Shown: piece after piece, positions 1 through 11,682 of the stretch | Numbering within the stretch: position 1 is the first letter of the stretch | Layout: each line of letters begins with the position of its first letter | Position numbers and translations under genes: made by a program | NCBI GenBank assembly: GCA_963717525.1 | Contig: OY970343.1 | Location: 352,001-416,000 of the forward strand | Origin: an uncultured Methanoregulaceae archaeon | GTDB taxonomy: Archaea; Halobacteriota; Methanomicrobia; Methanomicrobiales; Methanospirillaceae | Length of the DNA stretch: 64,000 bases | Direction: 5' to 3' | Notes under the pieces: model-generated | What the model was told of the DNA's origin: nothing | Database searches by the model: none | The model's input: only the letters and a program-made list of their open reading frames with translations

Positions 1-1123
1 GAGGTATTTGACCATGGCGGGGTATTATACCGTTATGGCTGGGCAGACAAGCGCGGGAATATCTACCGGGTGGATAACTTCGAACGGGCATTTGCAGAAA
101 AGATGAATATCCGACATGCCCTGGCACTCTGTTCGGGAACTGCATCTCTTATTGCCGCTTTAAAAGCAATGGGCATCTCGCCCGGGGATGAAGTGATCAC
201 CCAGAGCCACACTTTCATTGCCACCGTTGAAGCGATACGGGAAGTCGGAGCTGTACCGATCATAGCGGATGTCGATCGTTCGCTCAACATGGATCCCGCA
301 GACTTCGAGAGGAAAATTACCAAAAAGACAAAAGCGGTAATTCCCGTCCATATGATGGGTGTTGCTGCCCGTATGGATGAGATCCTCTCCATCGCCCGGT
401 CGCATAATATTCAGGTCCTCGAAGATAATGCCCAGTCCTGTGGTGGGACCTATCGCGGGAAGATGCTTGGAACACTCGGCGATGCCGGCATTACCAGTTT
501 TGATTTTGGCAAGGTTCTGACCACTGGCGAAGGCGGGATGCTCATCACCGATAACGAGCACATTTTCAGGCGTGCACGGGAATACTCGGATCATGGGCAT
601 GAACTCAATCCGGGATTTCCCCGGGGCGAGGACACCCGGACGATCAGCGGCGTGAATTTTAAAATGACCGAGCTGCAGGGTGCAATCGGCCTTGTCCAGC
701 TCAGGAAGATGGATTCCATTATCGCCCGCCAGCGGGAAAACAAAATGAAGATAAAAAAGGCCCTGTCAGATATCGATGGCATCACGTTCCGTGATATATC
801 GAACCCTGAGGGTGATACCGGTGACAGTGTAATCTTCTTCTTTTCCGGTCGTTCCGAGGCAAAAAAATTTATGAAACTCTGGACCGCCAAAGGATTCGGG
901 ACAAAAAATCTCCCCGACGCGATCAACTGGCATTTTGCAGGCACATGGGATCATATATTCCGGGACTATGATCGGTACGCAGGAAAAGACCTGAGCACAC
1001 TTTTTGCCCAGTCTGACGATCTGCTGAAGGCGGGCAATTGCCCTCCCGATCTTTGTGAATATGCCGGATACACAAATCGAGACAATTGTGACCGCAGTCC
1101 ATGACTGCATAAAAAAGATGTGA
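1..1123 (+). CDS. DegT/DnrJ/EryC1/StrS PLP aminotransferase, KdnA-like (5' truncated by window; apparent frameshift near 1030)
   Basis: Frame open from base 1 (EVFDHGGVLYRYGW...). SGTASL, EDNAQ, SFDFGKVLTTGEGG (PLP Lys), YSDHGH and INWHFAGTW motifs. Shifted frame gives ...RAIALPIFVNMPD...KKM* ending at 1123. Confidence 0.85.
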
Positions 1124-1127
1124 AACG

Positions 1128-1784
1128 ATGATACTCGGTGTAACCCCGGCCCGTGGCGGAAGCAAAGGAATTCCCAAAAAAAATATCCGCCCGGTCGCGG
1201 GAAAGCCTCTCATTGCCTGGACCATTAAGGCTGCACAGGAATCGGAATGCCTTGACCGGTTTGTTGTATCAACAGAAGATCCCGAAATCGCGTCTGTATG
1301 CAGCCAATGGAATGCGGAAGTACTGGATCGTCCGGCGGCATTGGCTTCAGATACAGCAACCACCCTTTCTGTATTACAGGACGTCCTTACAAGGATCGAT
1401 GCAGACACGGTAGTGCTCCTCCAGTGCACATCCCCGGTCCGTGATCCCGGCCTCATCGACAGGTGCATCCGCAAATTCCGGGACACCCATGCAGATTCCC
1501 TGGCGACAGGTTACCTGTGCGATCTCTTCGAGTGGGGGACATATTCAGCCCGAAGACAGGATCTGAAACCGTTTTTCCACGATGACGGGAATGTGTATGT
1601 TATATCCGCAGACAACATCCGTAACGGGGACTTGTTTGCCGGCCACAGGGAGATGGTTCTCACCGAACGGGAATGTAATTTTGAGATCGATACGGAATTT
1701 GATCTCTGGCTAAACGAACAGATTCTTACGGAACGGAACTCTCCTGATAAGAGCAGACCTCCCAAAAAGAATACAATCGGATAA
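1128..1784 (+). CDS. neuA: acylneuraminate (CMP-nonulosonate) cytidylyltransferase
   Basis: PARGGSKGIPKKN, LLQCTSP and EIDTEFD motifs. Confidence 0.9.
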   Translation: MILGVTPARGGSKGIPKKNIRPVAGKPLIAWTIKAAQESECLDRFVVSTEDPEIASVCSQWNAEVLDRPAALASDTATTLSVLQDVLTRIDADTVVLLQCTSPVRDPGLIDRCIRKFRDTHADSLATGYLCDLFEWGTYSARRQDLKPFFHDDGNVYVISADNIRNGDLFAGHREMVLTERECNFEIDTEFDLWLNEQILTERNSPDKSRPPKKNTIG

Positions 1785-2043
1785 TGGCGGGATCCAATGA
1801 TACGAAAAAGGAAAATGCATGTGAACCAATGAAGGCATTTTCATAAAAGCAAGCATTCTATAAGCAGGATGAACACAGTTTCTTGAGGGGAGATGAATAA
1901 GCAGGTACGGAATCACACGGGGATGGCAATGTATGCTTTTCTGACAGCCTGCAGGGGGTTAAGGTGGCAGATGCATCCTACTGAAGGAAGATCTACTGTG
2001 ATTGCACCCGGATAAAACGCAGTTCGTTTTTTGAGGCCGCATT

Positions 2044-3097
2044 ATGAGAAAAATATCCATCGGAAATAAAAAAATCGGGACCGGCGAACCCTGTTTTATA
2101 ATTGCCGAGGCCGGGGTCAACCATAACGGGAGTCTGGACCGTGCAAAAAAATTAATTGATGCTGCCTGCGAATCGGGAGCAGATGCGGTAAAATTCCAGA
2201 CGTTTTCGGCTGACCAAATCGCTTCACGGGCTGCACGGAAAGCAGACTATCAGATGAGGACAACGGATAGTGAAGAATCACAGGTACGCAATGCTGAAAA
2301 AACTGGAACTTCCTCCGGGAATCTTTTCCAATCCTCGCGGAATATGCAAAAGAGAAGGGTATCGTCTTCCTTTCATCCCCCCTTTGATTGCGTGAGCGTT
2401 GATATCCTCGAAGAGGCCGGGGTGGATGCGTATAAAATCCCTTCCGGCGAGATCACGAATATCCCCCTCCTCCGGTATATTGCCGGTAAGAAAAAACCCA
2501 TAATCCTTTCAACCGGTATGGCGGAGATCGATGAGATTGCCCGGGCTGTAGACCTTTTCCGGAATGCCGGATACGGGATCTTATCCTTCTCCACTGTGTT
2601 ACCAGTTACCCGGCTCCGCCCGAAACCCTGAATTTACAGGTAATAAAGACACTCAGGAGAACGTTTGGCCTGCCGGTGGGATTTTCAGATCACTCTCCGG
2701 GTGTTCTTGCTGCCGTGATCGCCCGGGTCCTGGGTGCCTGTGTCATCGAGAAACACTTTACTCTCGATAAAAACCTGCCGGTATCCGATCACCAGGCCTC
2801 CCTTGAGCCTGATGAACTGGCCGCAATGGTTGCTGCAGTCCGTATGACCGATCTATCGCTCGGCGATGGCAAAAAGAACATTATTCCGGGAGAACAGGCA
2901 ATAAAAAGCATTGCCCGCAAAAGTCTCGTGGCGCGGGTGGATATCCCGGCAAATGCCATAATTACACCGGAATTGATTGATGTGAAACGACCGGGCACGG
3001 AAATTCCCGCCGGGGGACTTTGACAGAGTAATCGGTATGATTGCCAGGCAACGGATCCCTGGTGATACCGTTCTGACATGGGAAGATTCTGAGATGA
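2044..3097 (+). CDS. neuB: N-acetylneuraminate/legionaminate synthase with C-terminal SAF domain (several apparent frameshifts)
   Basis: IIAEAGVNHNGS, AVKFQTF, KIPSGEITN, LSTGMA, GFSDHS, IEKHFTLD and KRPGT spread over ORFs 2044-2631, 2676-3023 and 3037-3097. Confidence 0.88.
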
Positions 3098-4243
3098 AAA
3101 GGAAGATCGTTTACATCAGCGGGACACGGGCAGATTACGGCCTGATGCGATCGGTTCTTTTCAAGATCCGATCCTCTCCGGAGTTTGACCTGGTTGTTGT
3201 GGTAACCGGTATGCACCTTATGGCGGAGTTCGGGAATTCCGTTGATGAAATTATAAATGATGGCTTCACGATAACCCGTATCGACATTTTCCCGGAGAAG
3301 GATACAAGGGATGCTACGCCGATCTTCATTGGAAAATTTCTTGCGATGTTATCCCGGGAACTACAAAAGCACGAGCCGGACCTCATCCTGCTCCTGGGCG
3401 ACCGGGGCGAGATGCTTGCCGGAGCGATTGCAGGCACCTATCTCGGCATACCTGTTGCACATCTCCACGGGGGAGAAATATCCTCCACTGTCGATGAACC
3501 GGTCTGGCATGCCATTACGAAGCTTTCCAATATCCATATGGCCGCGACACAAAAAAGTGCGGAACGAATTATACGCATGGGCGAAGATCCACGCCATGTT
3601 TATATGGTGGGGGCGCCAGGTCTTGCCGCGATCATTGGAAAAACATATACCCCTGAGGAGGAACTGCAGGAAGAAATACCGGATTGACCCGGAGAACCGT
3701 TCATTATCTGTATCCAGCACCCGGTATCCGCGGAGGTGGAGGCTGCACCGGAACAGATGCGAGAGACTCTCGAGGCGATCAGGGAAACTGGCTGCCGGAC
3801 TATCGTCGTTTTCCCGAATGCCGATGCAGGGGGACAGAGAATGATTTCCGTCATCCGGGAATATGAGTCGATTCCCTTTGTTTCGACAGACCCGGAACCT
3901 TCCCCACTCTGATTATCTGGGCCTCTTGAGCATGGCCTCGGTGCTGGTCGGGAACTCCAGCAGTGGTATTATCGAAGCAGCATCGTTTCATATACCCGTG
4001 GTGAATATCGGGACACGCCAGGCTGGGCGGGAGAGGGCATCCAATGTGATCGATGCTGGCTACGATCGCCGGGAAATTTCGATCGGTATTCGTCGATCGT
4101 TTGAGGACAGGGAATTTTTAACCGCTGTCCGTGATTGCACAAATCCGTATGGTGATGGAAAAGCGCCGGATAAAATTCTTGCCGTTTTGAAGGAATTCCC
4201 CTTTGGGCATTTCGATACCCAGAAACACCTGCTCTATTCATAA
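3094..4243 (+). CDS. neuC: hydrolysing UDP-N-acetylglucosamine 2-epimerase (apparent frameshifts ~3670, ~3860)
   Basis: GTRADYG, GMHL, LLGDRGE, HLHGGE, VGNSSSGIIEA, NIGTRQ and NPYGDG motifs. Confidence 0.9.
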
Positions 4244-4367
4244 CCGGTCAGGCCCGTGAGCGGGATCTCCCCCATTGTCCAATATAAGGACAAACACCGC
4301 TCATATTACCGGTTCTGACCATCTAAAGAAGTTTTTATAATAAAAAAACGAACCTACTACTATATTC

Positions 4368-4796
4368 ATGAGATTTAAAAACTGGGTTCCACCCGTCATT
4401 GAGGAAAGAGTATTGACCCAGTACAACTGGTTAGTACAGAACAAAGATAATTTCCACTTGGGATATGCAACGGACATTGGAGCTTTTACCTATATCAATG
4501 CTCAATTTGGTGTGACGCTGGAAGACTTCGTTCAGATAGGGTCCCATTGTTCGATTTATTCCGTATCGACGATAGACGACAAACGGGGCCCGGTCCTGTT
4601 GAGGAGAAACTCAAGAATCGGTACCCATTCGACGGTCATGCCTGATGTTACTATCGGAAGAAATTCCATTGTGGGACTCACAGTTTTGTGAACCAGAACA
4701 TTCCGGATAATGTTATTGCATTCGGAGTCCCTGCACGGGTGGTACAGACCTTTGATGAACGATGAGATTAGAAAGACTGAGGAGGAAACTGTATGA
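4368..4796 (+). CDS. hexapeptide-repeat sugar acetyltransferase (apparent frameshift ~4675)
   Basis: LbH repeats (VQIGSHCSI, SRIGTHSTV, VTIGRNSIVG); shifted frame continues ...IPDNVIAFGVPARV. Confidence 0.8.
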
Positions 4797-5918
4797 GCTG
4801 GAAGATTCCACTGTTCAAAATCTATACTGATAACGATGACGTCCAAAAGGTAACAGAGATTATAAAATCCGGTATGAATTGGGCCACCGGTTCCAATGTC
4901 AATCTTCTCGAAGACAAAATTGCCGCATATGTGGGCACGAAATATGCAGTGACATTTAATTCAGGCACGTCCGCCCTTCATGCAGCCCTTGCCTCGCACC
5001 AGATTCCGAAAGGCTCCGAAGTGATTGTGCCATCATTTACCTTTATTGCGACAGCCAATGCACCAAAATTCCTCGGGGCAACCCCCGTTTTCGCGGATAT
5101 CGAAGAACGTACCTACGGGCTTTCACCGGATGACGTCGTTGACAAAATAACCAAAAAAACTTCCGCTGTCATGCCCGTCCATATCGGTGGATGCCCGTCC
5201 GGATCAAAGAACTGCAGCAGATAGCAGAAGACAAAAAACTTCTCCTGATCGAAGATGCTGCCGAGTCGCTCGGGGCCCGCATCGGGGATAAAAAAGTCGG
5301 GACATTCGGGAATTCTGCGATGTTCAGTTTTTGTGCACCAAAAGTGGTTACTACGGGAGAGGGTGGTGTAACCGTTACCGATTCACGGGACGTGTATGAG
5401 CGTCTGAAAATGTTCCGGTCCCACGGTCGTGCCGATACCAAGGACTATTTTTCCACGAATGAGTACCTGGATTATATCTCTTTAGGGTATAATTTCCGGA
5501 TGTCGAATATCATTGCCGCCCTTGGCATTGCCCAAATGGACAAGATAGACAAGATTATCGAAATGCGTCGCCGGAATGCCGATTATCTCACCGGGAAGCT
5601 TGAAAATATCAAAGAGATCAAAACCCCGTCTGCTCCCAAAGGGTATATCACCTTTTTCAGATGTACACGATTGAAGCTGCACATCGGGATGAACTCATGA
5701 ATTTCCTTGGAGAAGAGGGGATCATGGCAAAGGTCTATTTCGTGCCGGTCCACACTTCCCATTATTATAAGGAAGTACTCAAGATGAGACCACATATTCC
5801 GGTGACCGAACAGGTAGCATCGAAAGTCCTCACACTTCCGATGTATCCGGGACTGACCACCGAAGAAATGGACTTTATGGCCGAAAAAATCACCGAGTTC
5901 TACGAGAGGAAACATTAA
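4793..5918 (+). CDS. DegT-family sugar aminotransferase (apparent frameshifts ~5200, ~5650)
   Basis: NSGTSALH, PSFTFIATANA, IEDAAES, SFCAPKVVTTGEGG, GYNFRM and LTLPMYP. Confidence 0.88.
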
Positions 5919-6812
5919 TGGAAGAGAGAACGATCCTTATCACAGGAGGATCGGGATTTGTCGGCAGGCACATGGCAAAGAAGTTCAGCGATATGGGATA
6001 CAATGTCAGGATATTCGATATCGCTGAACCAAAATACCCGCTTGACAAAAATACCGAATTTATTAAAGGGGACATTTTTAATATCGATTCGATCACCGCT
6101 GCCATTAACGATGTCAGCACAGTGATTCATCTGGTGGGTCTGGCCGACGCCGGTGTGGCCCAGAAAAACCCCATGAAAAGTTTCCAGCTCAATATTCTTT
6201 CACTCCAGAATATCCTTGAGGCCTGCCGTATCTGCGGCAACAAAAAAATAATATTCCCGTCTTCAGCTGCTGTGTACGGTATCACTGAAGATCTGCCCAT
6301 TAAGGAAAATTTCCCCGTTTCACCGACGAATATCTATTCAGCACATAAAGTCATCTGCGAGAAGATGGTCCAGGCATACCAGAAGAATTACGGTGTGAAT
6401 TATGTTGTACTGAGGTTTTTTAATGTGTACGGGAAAGGCAACGAAGGGGTAATCGGTATCTTCCTCGATAAGGCAAAGAAAGGAGAGACCATTGAAAGTT
6501 TCGGTCCGTTCCAGTATCGGGACTTTATTTATGCCGGGGAAGTCGCGAATGCCGTATATATGGCCGTCGCCCATGACAAGGCAACAAACCGTATTATCAA
6601 TATCGGTTCAGGTAAAGGGATACAAATACGGGAGATCCTGAACCTCGTATGCGAACTTTATCCTCATGCAAAATGGATTGAGAAAAAAGTCTGATTTCAC
6701 CATGTATGATTCGATCGCGGATATAACGCTTGCAAAGATCCTCTTGGATTTTAACCCGGACTCATCGTTTGGCTTCTTCAGGAAGGTTGTCGAAAGCGAG
6801 ATGAATACCTGA
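5918..6812 (+). CDS. NAD-dependent NDP-sugar epimerase/dehydratase (apparent frameshift in A-run ~6685)
   Basis: TGGSGFVG, SSAAVYG, YSAHK (YxxxK), LRFFNVYG and RDFIY; shifted frame ends ...ESEMNT* at 6812. Confidence 0.88.
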
Positions 6813-6875
6813 CCTTCTGGTCCGGGTGGCATTCATCTATCGGATCCGGTGGTATCCCGGAATAAGGTCTGCAGT

Positions 6876-8082
6876 ATGATAAAAAATATCGTTTTTTTCG
6901 TCGAATCGCCATTGAGTAAAAGGGATTTCGACCGTTTTGGTATCCAGATTCTGCGGAATGAGGGCTTTGATGTGAACATCTGGTATTTTAAACCTTATTC
7001 TCTTAACAGGTTTCATTCGATCCCCGAAATACAGGATCTGGTTCATGATGATAGGTTACAGATATTCGAACGAAAAAGTGATGTTCTCAAATGTATTTCA
7101 GTCTTGAAGGATTCGGATCTGGTCGTGTGCCTCCTGAGTTTCGATTATCACAATCTCTTCGTTTATCAAGCCTCTTTCACGCAAGAGGTCTTGGTATTGC
7201 GTCTGGCAGGCAGTTTCCCTCCCTGTTTCAATCAATACTGACATACCGAGTGGTTTTTTCTTCAGAAAAATCCTGAAAAAAATCGGGGAGATGAAAATAC
7301 GGACAATCCATTATCATTTCATGACCAACTTGCTTAAAAAACATTACCGGTTGCTTGGGGTGCGTCCGGCATCCATCGCTCTCCTTGCCGGACAGAGGTC
7401 TGATGACGTGCATTTCTATCCGATTGGTGTAAATACCAAAAAAATCTGGCTGCACCTATTGGATTACGACATCTACCTGAAGTATCGTGAGGAGGGTCCC
7501 GATCTGACTCTCGGCCGGTATGCAGTGTTTCTGGATGAGTATATCCCGTTTCATCCGGATTATCAGTCTATGGGTGTTGAACCGCCAGCGTCTGCTGATG
7601 AATATTACCCGAAGTTATGTACTTTTTTTGAATTTATCGAAAAGAAGTTTGATCTTCGCGTGATCGTCGCAGCTCATCCGCGATCAAATTATGACCTAAC
7701 AAAAAAATATTTTGGAGACCGGCAGGTTATTAAGGGAAAAACGACTCAACTTGTCAAAGATTCTGTATTCGTAATTGCACATGCGAGTACCTCTGTCGAT
7801 TTTGCGGTTTTATTCAAAAAGCCTCTTATGTTTATTACAACGGCAGCAATTTCCTGTCAGCAGATGGGTCTGTATCCATATGGGGGGTACATCTGCACAA
7901 TGGCAGCAGCATTCCGGAAAGTTCCCGTTACTATTGATAACATGGGAAGCGTGGACTGGAACAAGGAGATGACTGTTGACGATGCTATTTATCAGGAGTA
8001 TCAGAATGCCTATATAAAAAAGAATGGAACCCCCGAGCTGCCGTTCTGGAAAATATTTGCAGACTATATCCGCAAAATGTAA
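6876..8082 (+). CDS. hypothetical glycan-cluster protein, possible nonulosonate transferase (GT-B-like; apparent frameshifts ~7170-7270)
   Basis: ORFs 6849-7241 and 7291-8082 read as one protein; C-terminal AAHPRS and AHASTS..FAVLFKKP motifs. Confidence 0.5.
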
Positions 8083-8281
8083 AACGATAATGCAAAGCCT
8101 CTTTTCGTTGCGCCCTCTTTTTCCTGTTAATAAAACACACTACCACTCATCAACCGTATTTTGAAGAAGGCATGAAAAAGCGTAAACACCAGAATGGATT
8201 GGATATAATAACAGGATAAATTTCAAGCATTGTTCCGCCAGTTGTCCTATCATTTAATTTGTTTTTAATCCAATACAGACC

Positions 8282-9403
8282 ATGGATCTTATCCCGGTTT
8301 CCCGCCCCTCTCTGGGGGAAGAGGAACTTGCATCGGTCAGGACTGTCTTTGACTCCGGCTGGCTGGGGCTTGGTGCCCAGGTTTTGGAATTCGAGCAAAA
8401 TCTTCAGAAATTCCTCGGGGCAAAGCACGTGGTCTGCACGAATACCGGGACAACTGCTCTTCACCTGGCTCTGGATGTATTAGGTATCGGGAAAGGCGAC
8501 GAAGTCATCGTCCCCTCATTCACGTTCGTTGCCACGATTCAGGCAATAACCGCAACCGGGGCCACACCGGTATTCTGTGACATCCATGCAGATGACCTGA
8601 ATATGGACGCCGGTGACGTCCGGAAAAAGATCACCAGAAGGACAAAAGTGATCTTACCGGTCCATTACCGGGGCATTCCGTGCGATATGGATGCGATTCA
8701 TGCCTTGGTAAAGGAGCGCAACATTACGGTTGTCGAGGATGCAGCCCATGCATTTGGATCCTCGTACAAAGGGAAAAAAATTGGCTCTTTCAGAAACATC
8801 GCCTGCTTCAGTTTTGATCCAATCAAAAATATTACGTGCGGGGAAGGCGGGGCTGTGGTTTTCCAGGATGATGCACTTCTCGAGAAGGTCCAGCAGAAAA
8901 GGATTCTTGGAATAGATAAGGACACGTGGAGCAGGTACCGTAATGAACGGAGCTGGTTCTACGATGTTGTTACCCAAGGCTACCGGTATCATATGAGCAA
9001 TATCAATGCGGCAATCGGCCTTGTCCAGCTGGGAAAATTTGAAAAAATGAACCGGAGGAAAATAGAGGTTGCAAAACAGTACGATGCCGCGTTTGAAAAC
9101 GTGGAAAATGTTACCCTCCTGAAAAATGACGGGTACCGGGAGATTGGTCTCTTTGTCTATATTCTCAGGATAAAATCCCGGAGGAATGAACTGATGGATT
9201 TTCTGGGGAAACAGGGAGTTGCGAGCGGGATCCATTACATACCGAGCCATGTCTTCTCATTTTACCGGAAAGAAGGCATTCATCTCCCGGTAACCGAACA
9301 GATCTACGGTGAGATTCTGACGCTGCCGCTCTTCCCCGACATTACGGACAGTCAGGTGAATCAGGTCATCGATACCGTCACGGCAGGGATGTCAGGCCGG
9401 TGA
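8282..9403 (+). CDS. DegT-family sugar aminotransferase
   Basis: NTGTTALHLAL, VEDAAHAFG, SFDPIKNITCGEGG and GYRYHM; intact 373 aa. Confidence 0.92.
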   Translation: MDLIPVSRPSLGEEELASVRTVFDSGWLGLGAQVLEFEQNLQKFLGAKHVVCTNTGTTALHLALDVLGIGKGDEVIVPSFTFVATIQAITATGATPVFCDIHADDLNMDAGDVRKKITRRTKVILPVHYRGIPCDMDAIHALVKERNITVVEDAAHAFGSSYKGKKIGSFRNIACFSFDPIKNITCGEGGAVVFQDDALLEKVQQKRILGIDKDTWSRYRNERSWFYDVVTQGYRYHMSNINAAIGLVQLGKFEKMNRRKIEVAKQYDAAFENVENVTLLKNDGYREIGLFVYILRIKSRRNELMDFLGKQGVASGIHYIPSHVFSFYRKEGIHLPVTEQIYGEILTLPLFPDITDSQVNQVIDTVTAGMSGR

Positions 9404-10260
9404 CAGTACCCTTTTCCATGACAGATTCCGCACCAGATACAAATCCTCTCGTGAGCGTGATTATCCCGGTATATAACGGTCAGCGTTATATTGCGGAGAC
9501 GATTGATTCCGTTATCTCCCAGACTATGGAGCACTGGGAGATCATCGCGGTAAACGACGGGTCGACTGACGGCAGTTCTTCCATTCTTGAGAAATATGCC
9601 GGGAAGATGCCCGGCCGGATCCGCCCTGTAACCGTCGAGAATGGGGGAGTCAGCAGGGCCCGTAACAAAGGGGCGGCGCTCGCACGGGGAAAATACCTCG
9701 CGTTTCTCGACCAGGACGACCTGTGGGCACCCGGGAAACTCCGGAGCCAGGTTGACTTTCTGGACCGGAACGAAGGCGTCGGAATTGTATTCTCGAATGA
9801 GACTCTGATCGATGAGAACGGTAGAATCACACGGAAGTGCGTACTCAGGCTCGGATCACACCAGCGTGGTCCGGTCTTTGAAAACCTGCTCTTCGGTAAT
9901 TTTATTCCGGTTTCTTCGGTAATGGTAAGAAAGGACCTGTTTTGCAGGGCTGGAGGATTTGATCCAAAGTTCTCCCTTGCCGAGGACTTCGATCTCCTGT
10001 TAAGAATTTCACGGGAAGTCCCTGTAGATTACATCGATGAACCCCTGCTCTTTTACCGTGAGCACAGAGAGAGCGGCACCTCTACGAAAATTGATCGCAT
10101 CACTTCCGAAGCGTTAGAAATACTCAGGTCATGGCGGGAGAAAGACCCTTCAGTTTTCAGGAAGCATTTCCTGAAATACCAGAAATTCCGGATGAATTTT
10201 GCTGTACTGAAGTGCAAGGTAGTGCTGAAGAGATGGTTTTCCTGGAGCAGGAGCCGGTAA
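9400..10260 (+). CDS. glycosyltransferase family 2
   Basis: VSVIIPVYN, VNDGSTD, GVSRARN, FLDQDD (DxD) and EDFDL. Confidence 0.92.
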   Translation: MTVPFSMTDSAPDTNPLVSVIIPVYNGQRYIAETIDSVISQTMEHWEIIAVNDGSTDGSSSILEKYAGKMPGRIRPVTVENGGVSRARNKGAALARGKYLAFLDQDDLWAPGKLRSQVDFLDRNEGVGIVFSNETLIDENGRITRKCVLRLGSHQRGPVFENLLFGNFIPVSSVMVRKDLFCRAGGFDPKFSLAEDFDLLLRISREVPVDYIDEPLLFYREHRESGTSTKIDRITSEALEILRSWREKDPSVFRKHFLKYQKFRMNFAVLKCKVVLKRWFSWSRSR

Positions 10261-10262
10261 AA

Positions 10263-11208
10263 TCAGAGGAGCGGTTTCCACCACCATTCGTTCTGTTTAT
10301 ACCATTCGACAGTCCTGTCCATTGACTCTTCAAATGAATACGATGGAGCCCATCCGAGTTTCCTGATCTTTTCTGTGGCAATCGAATACCGGAAGTCATG
10401 CCCCGCCCGGTCCGGGACGAAGGTGATGAGATCCTCATCCATGGTAAGGGTTTTGAGGACGATTTTTGCAATCTCGAGGTTGGTTTTTTCATTCCCGGCA
10501 CCGATGTTGTAGATCCCGCCGGGACTTCCTTTTTCGTATGCAGTCTCAATCCCCGTGCAGTTATCGTCGACGTACAGCCAGTCCCGCACATTAAGTCCTG
10601 TACCGTAGAGTGGCAGGGGCTGGCGGGAGAGGGCTTTCAGGATGAGGACCGGGATCAATTTCTCAGGGAATTGATAAGGGCCGAAATTATTAGAACTCCG
10701 TGTGGTGATGACCGGCAGGCCGTAGGTCTTATAATAGGATTGTGCGAGATGCTCTGCTGCCGCCTTGCTCGCCGAATAGGGCGATGAAGGATCCAGCACA
10801 TCCGTTTCATGGAAGGATCCTGAAGGTATACTGCCATACACTTCGTCAGTACCTGATCTGGATAAACCGGGAAACCTCTCGATTCATTGCATAGTTCAGG
10901 AGATTACAGGTACCCAGTACGTCGGTCCTGACAAAAAGATCGGGTTCGGTGATCGACCGGTCCACGTGTGTTTCCGCTGCAAAATTGAACACAACATCGC
11001 ATGCACCAGCCTTTTCGAGATCTTCCATCCGGCAGATATCACCGTGGATGAAAGTGATGGCATCCAGTACGTCCCGGAGGTTTTCCCTCCTTCCTGCATA
11101 GGTGAGCTTGTCCAGGATAACGATCTCGTCATCGGGATATTTTCGTGCGAGGAGGCGTACGAAGTTGGATCCGATGAACCCGGCTCCGCCGGTTACTAAA
11201 AACCTCAT
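10263..11208 (-). CDS. rfbB: dTDP-glucose 4,6-dehydratase (apparent frameshift ~10845)
   Basis: TGGAGFIGSNF, DKLTYAG, AAETHVDRS, PYSASKA, NNFGPYQFPEKLIP and RDWLYV. Confidence 0.92.
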
Positions 11209-11214
11209 GATTAC

Positions 11215-11682
11215 CTACCCGTGCTTTTTTCCCGGGGCGAGAATCCAGTCGTACGGGATATCGGGAGTATCCGGTGGCAGGCGGTATTCATCGGGCTGTT
11301 TATAGTCATAGGGTTCTGTCGGGATGCTGATGATGAGTGATTCTTCTGCCGAGATGCATTTCCAGCCATGGTAAACCCCGGGCGGGATCGAGAGCAGGAG
11401 GGGGTTATGATCGCCCATGAAAAACTCCGACAATTCCTTAAACGTGGGTGATTCCGCCCGGCCATCGTAAAGCACCGTTTTGATCATACCATGTACGCAA
11501 CAGATCATATCCGTCTGCTTCCGGTGATAATGCCATGCTTTGACCACGCCGGGATAATTCGTGGTAAGGTATACCTGGCCGAATCCCTGGAACAGGGACT
11601 CATCCTTCCGCATGATCTCCATGAGCCGGCCGCGTTCATCCGGGATGGAGCTGAGTTTTTTTGCAACAACACCGTGAATCAT
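11215..11682 (-). CDS. rfbC: dTDP-4-dehydrorhamnose 3,5-epimerase family (cupin)
   Basis: DERGRLME, GVVKAWHYH and IPPGVYHG; start taken at MIHGV overlapping the upstream stop. Confidence 0.82.
   Translation of the reverse strand: MIHGVVAKKLSSIPDERGRLMEIMRKDESLFQGFGQVYLTTNYPGVVKAWHYHRKQTDMICCVHGMIKTVLYDGRAESPTFKELSEFFMGDHNPLLLSIPPGVYHGWKCISAEESLIISIPTEPYDYKQPDEYRLPPDTPDIPYDWILAPGKKHG

Noticed and set aside
3037..3687. Apparent NeuB(SAF)-NeuC fusion
   Set aside because: One extra base near 3087 explains it; removing it gives the usual ATGA stop/start overlap at 3094-3097.
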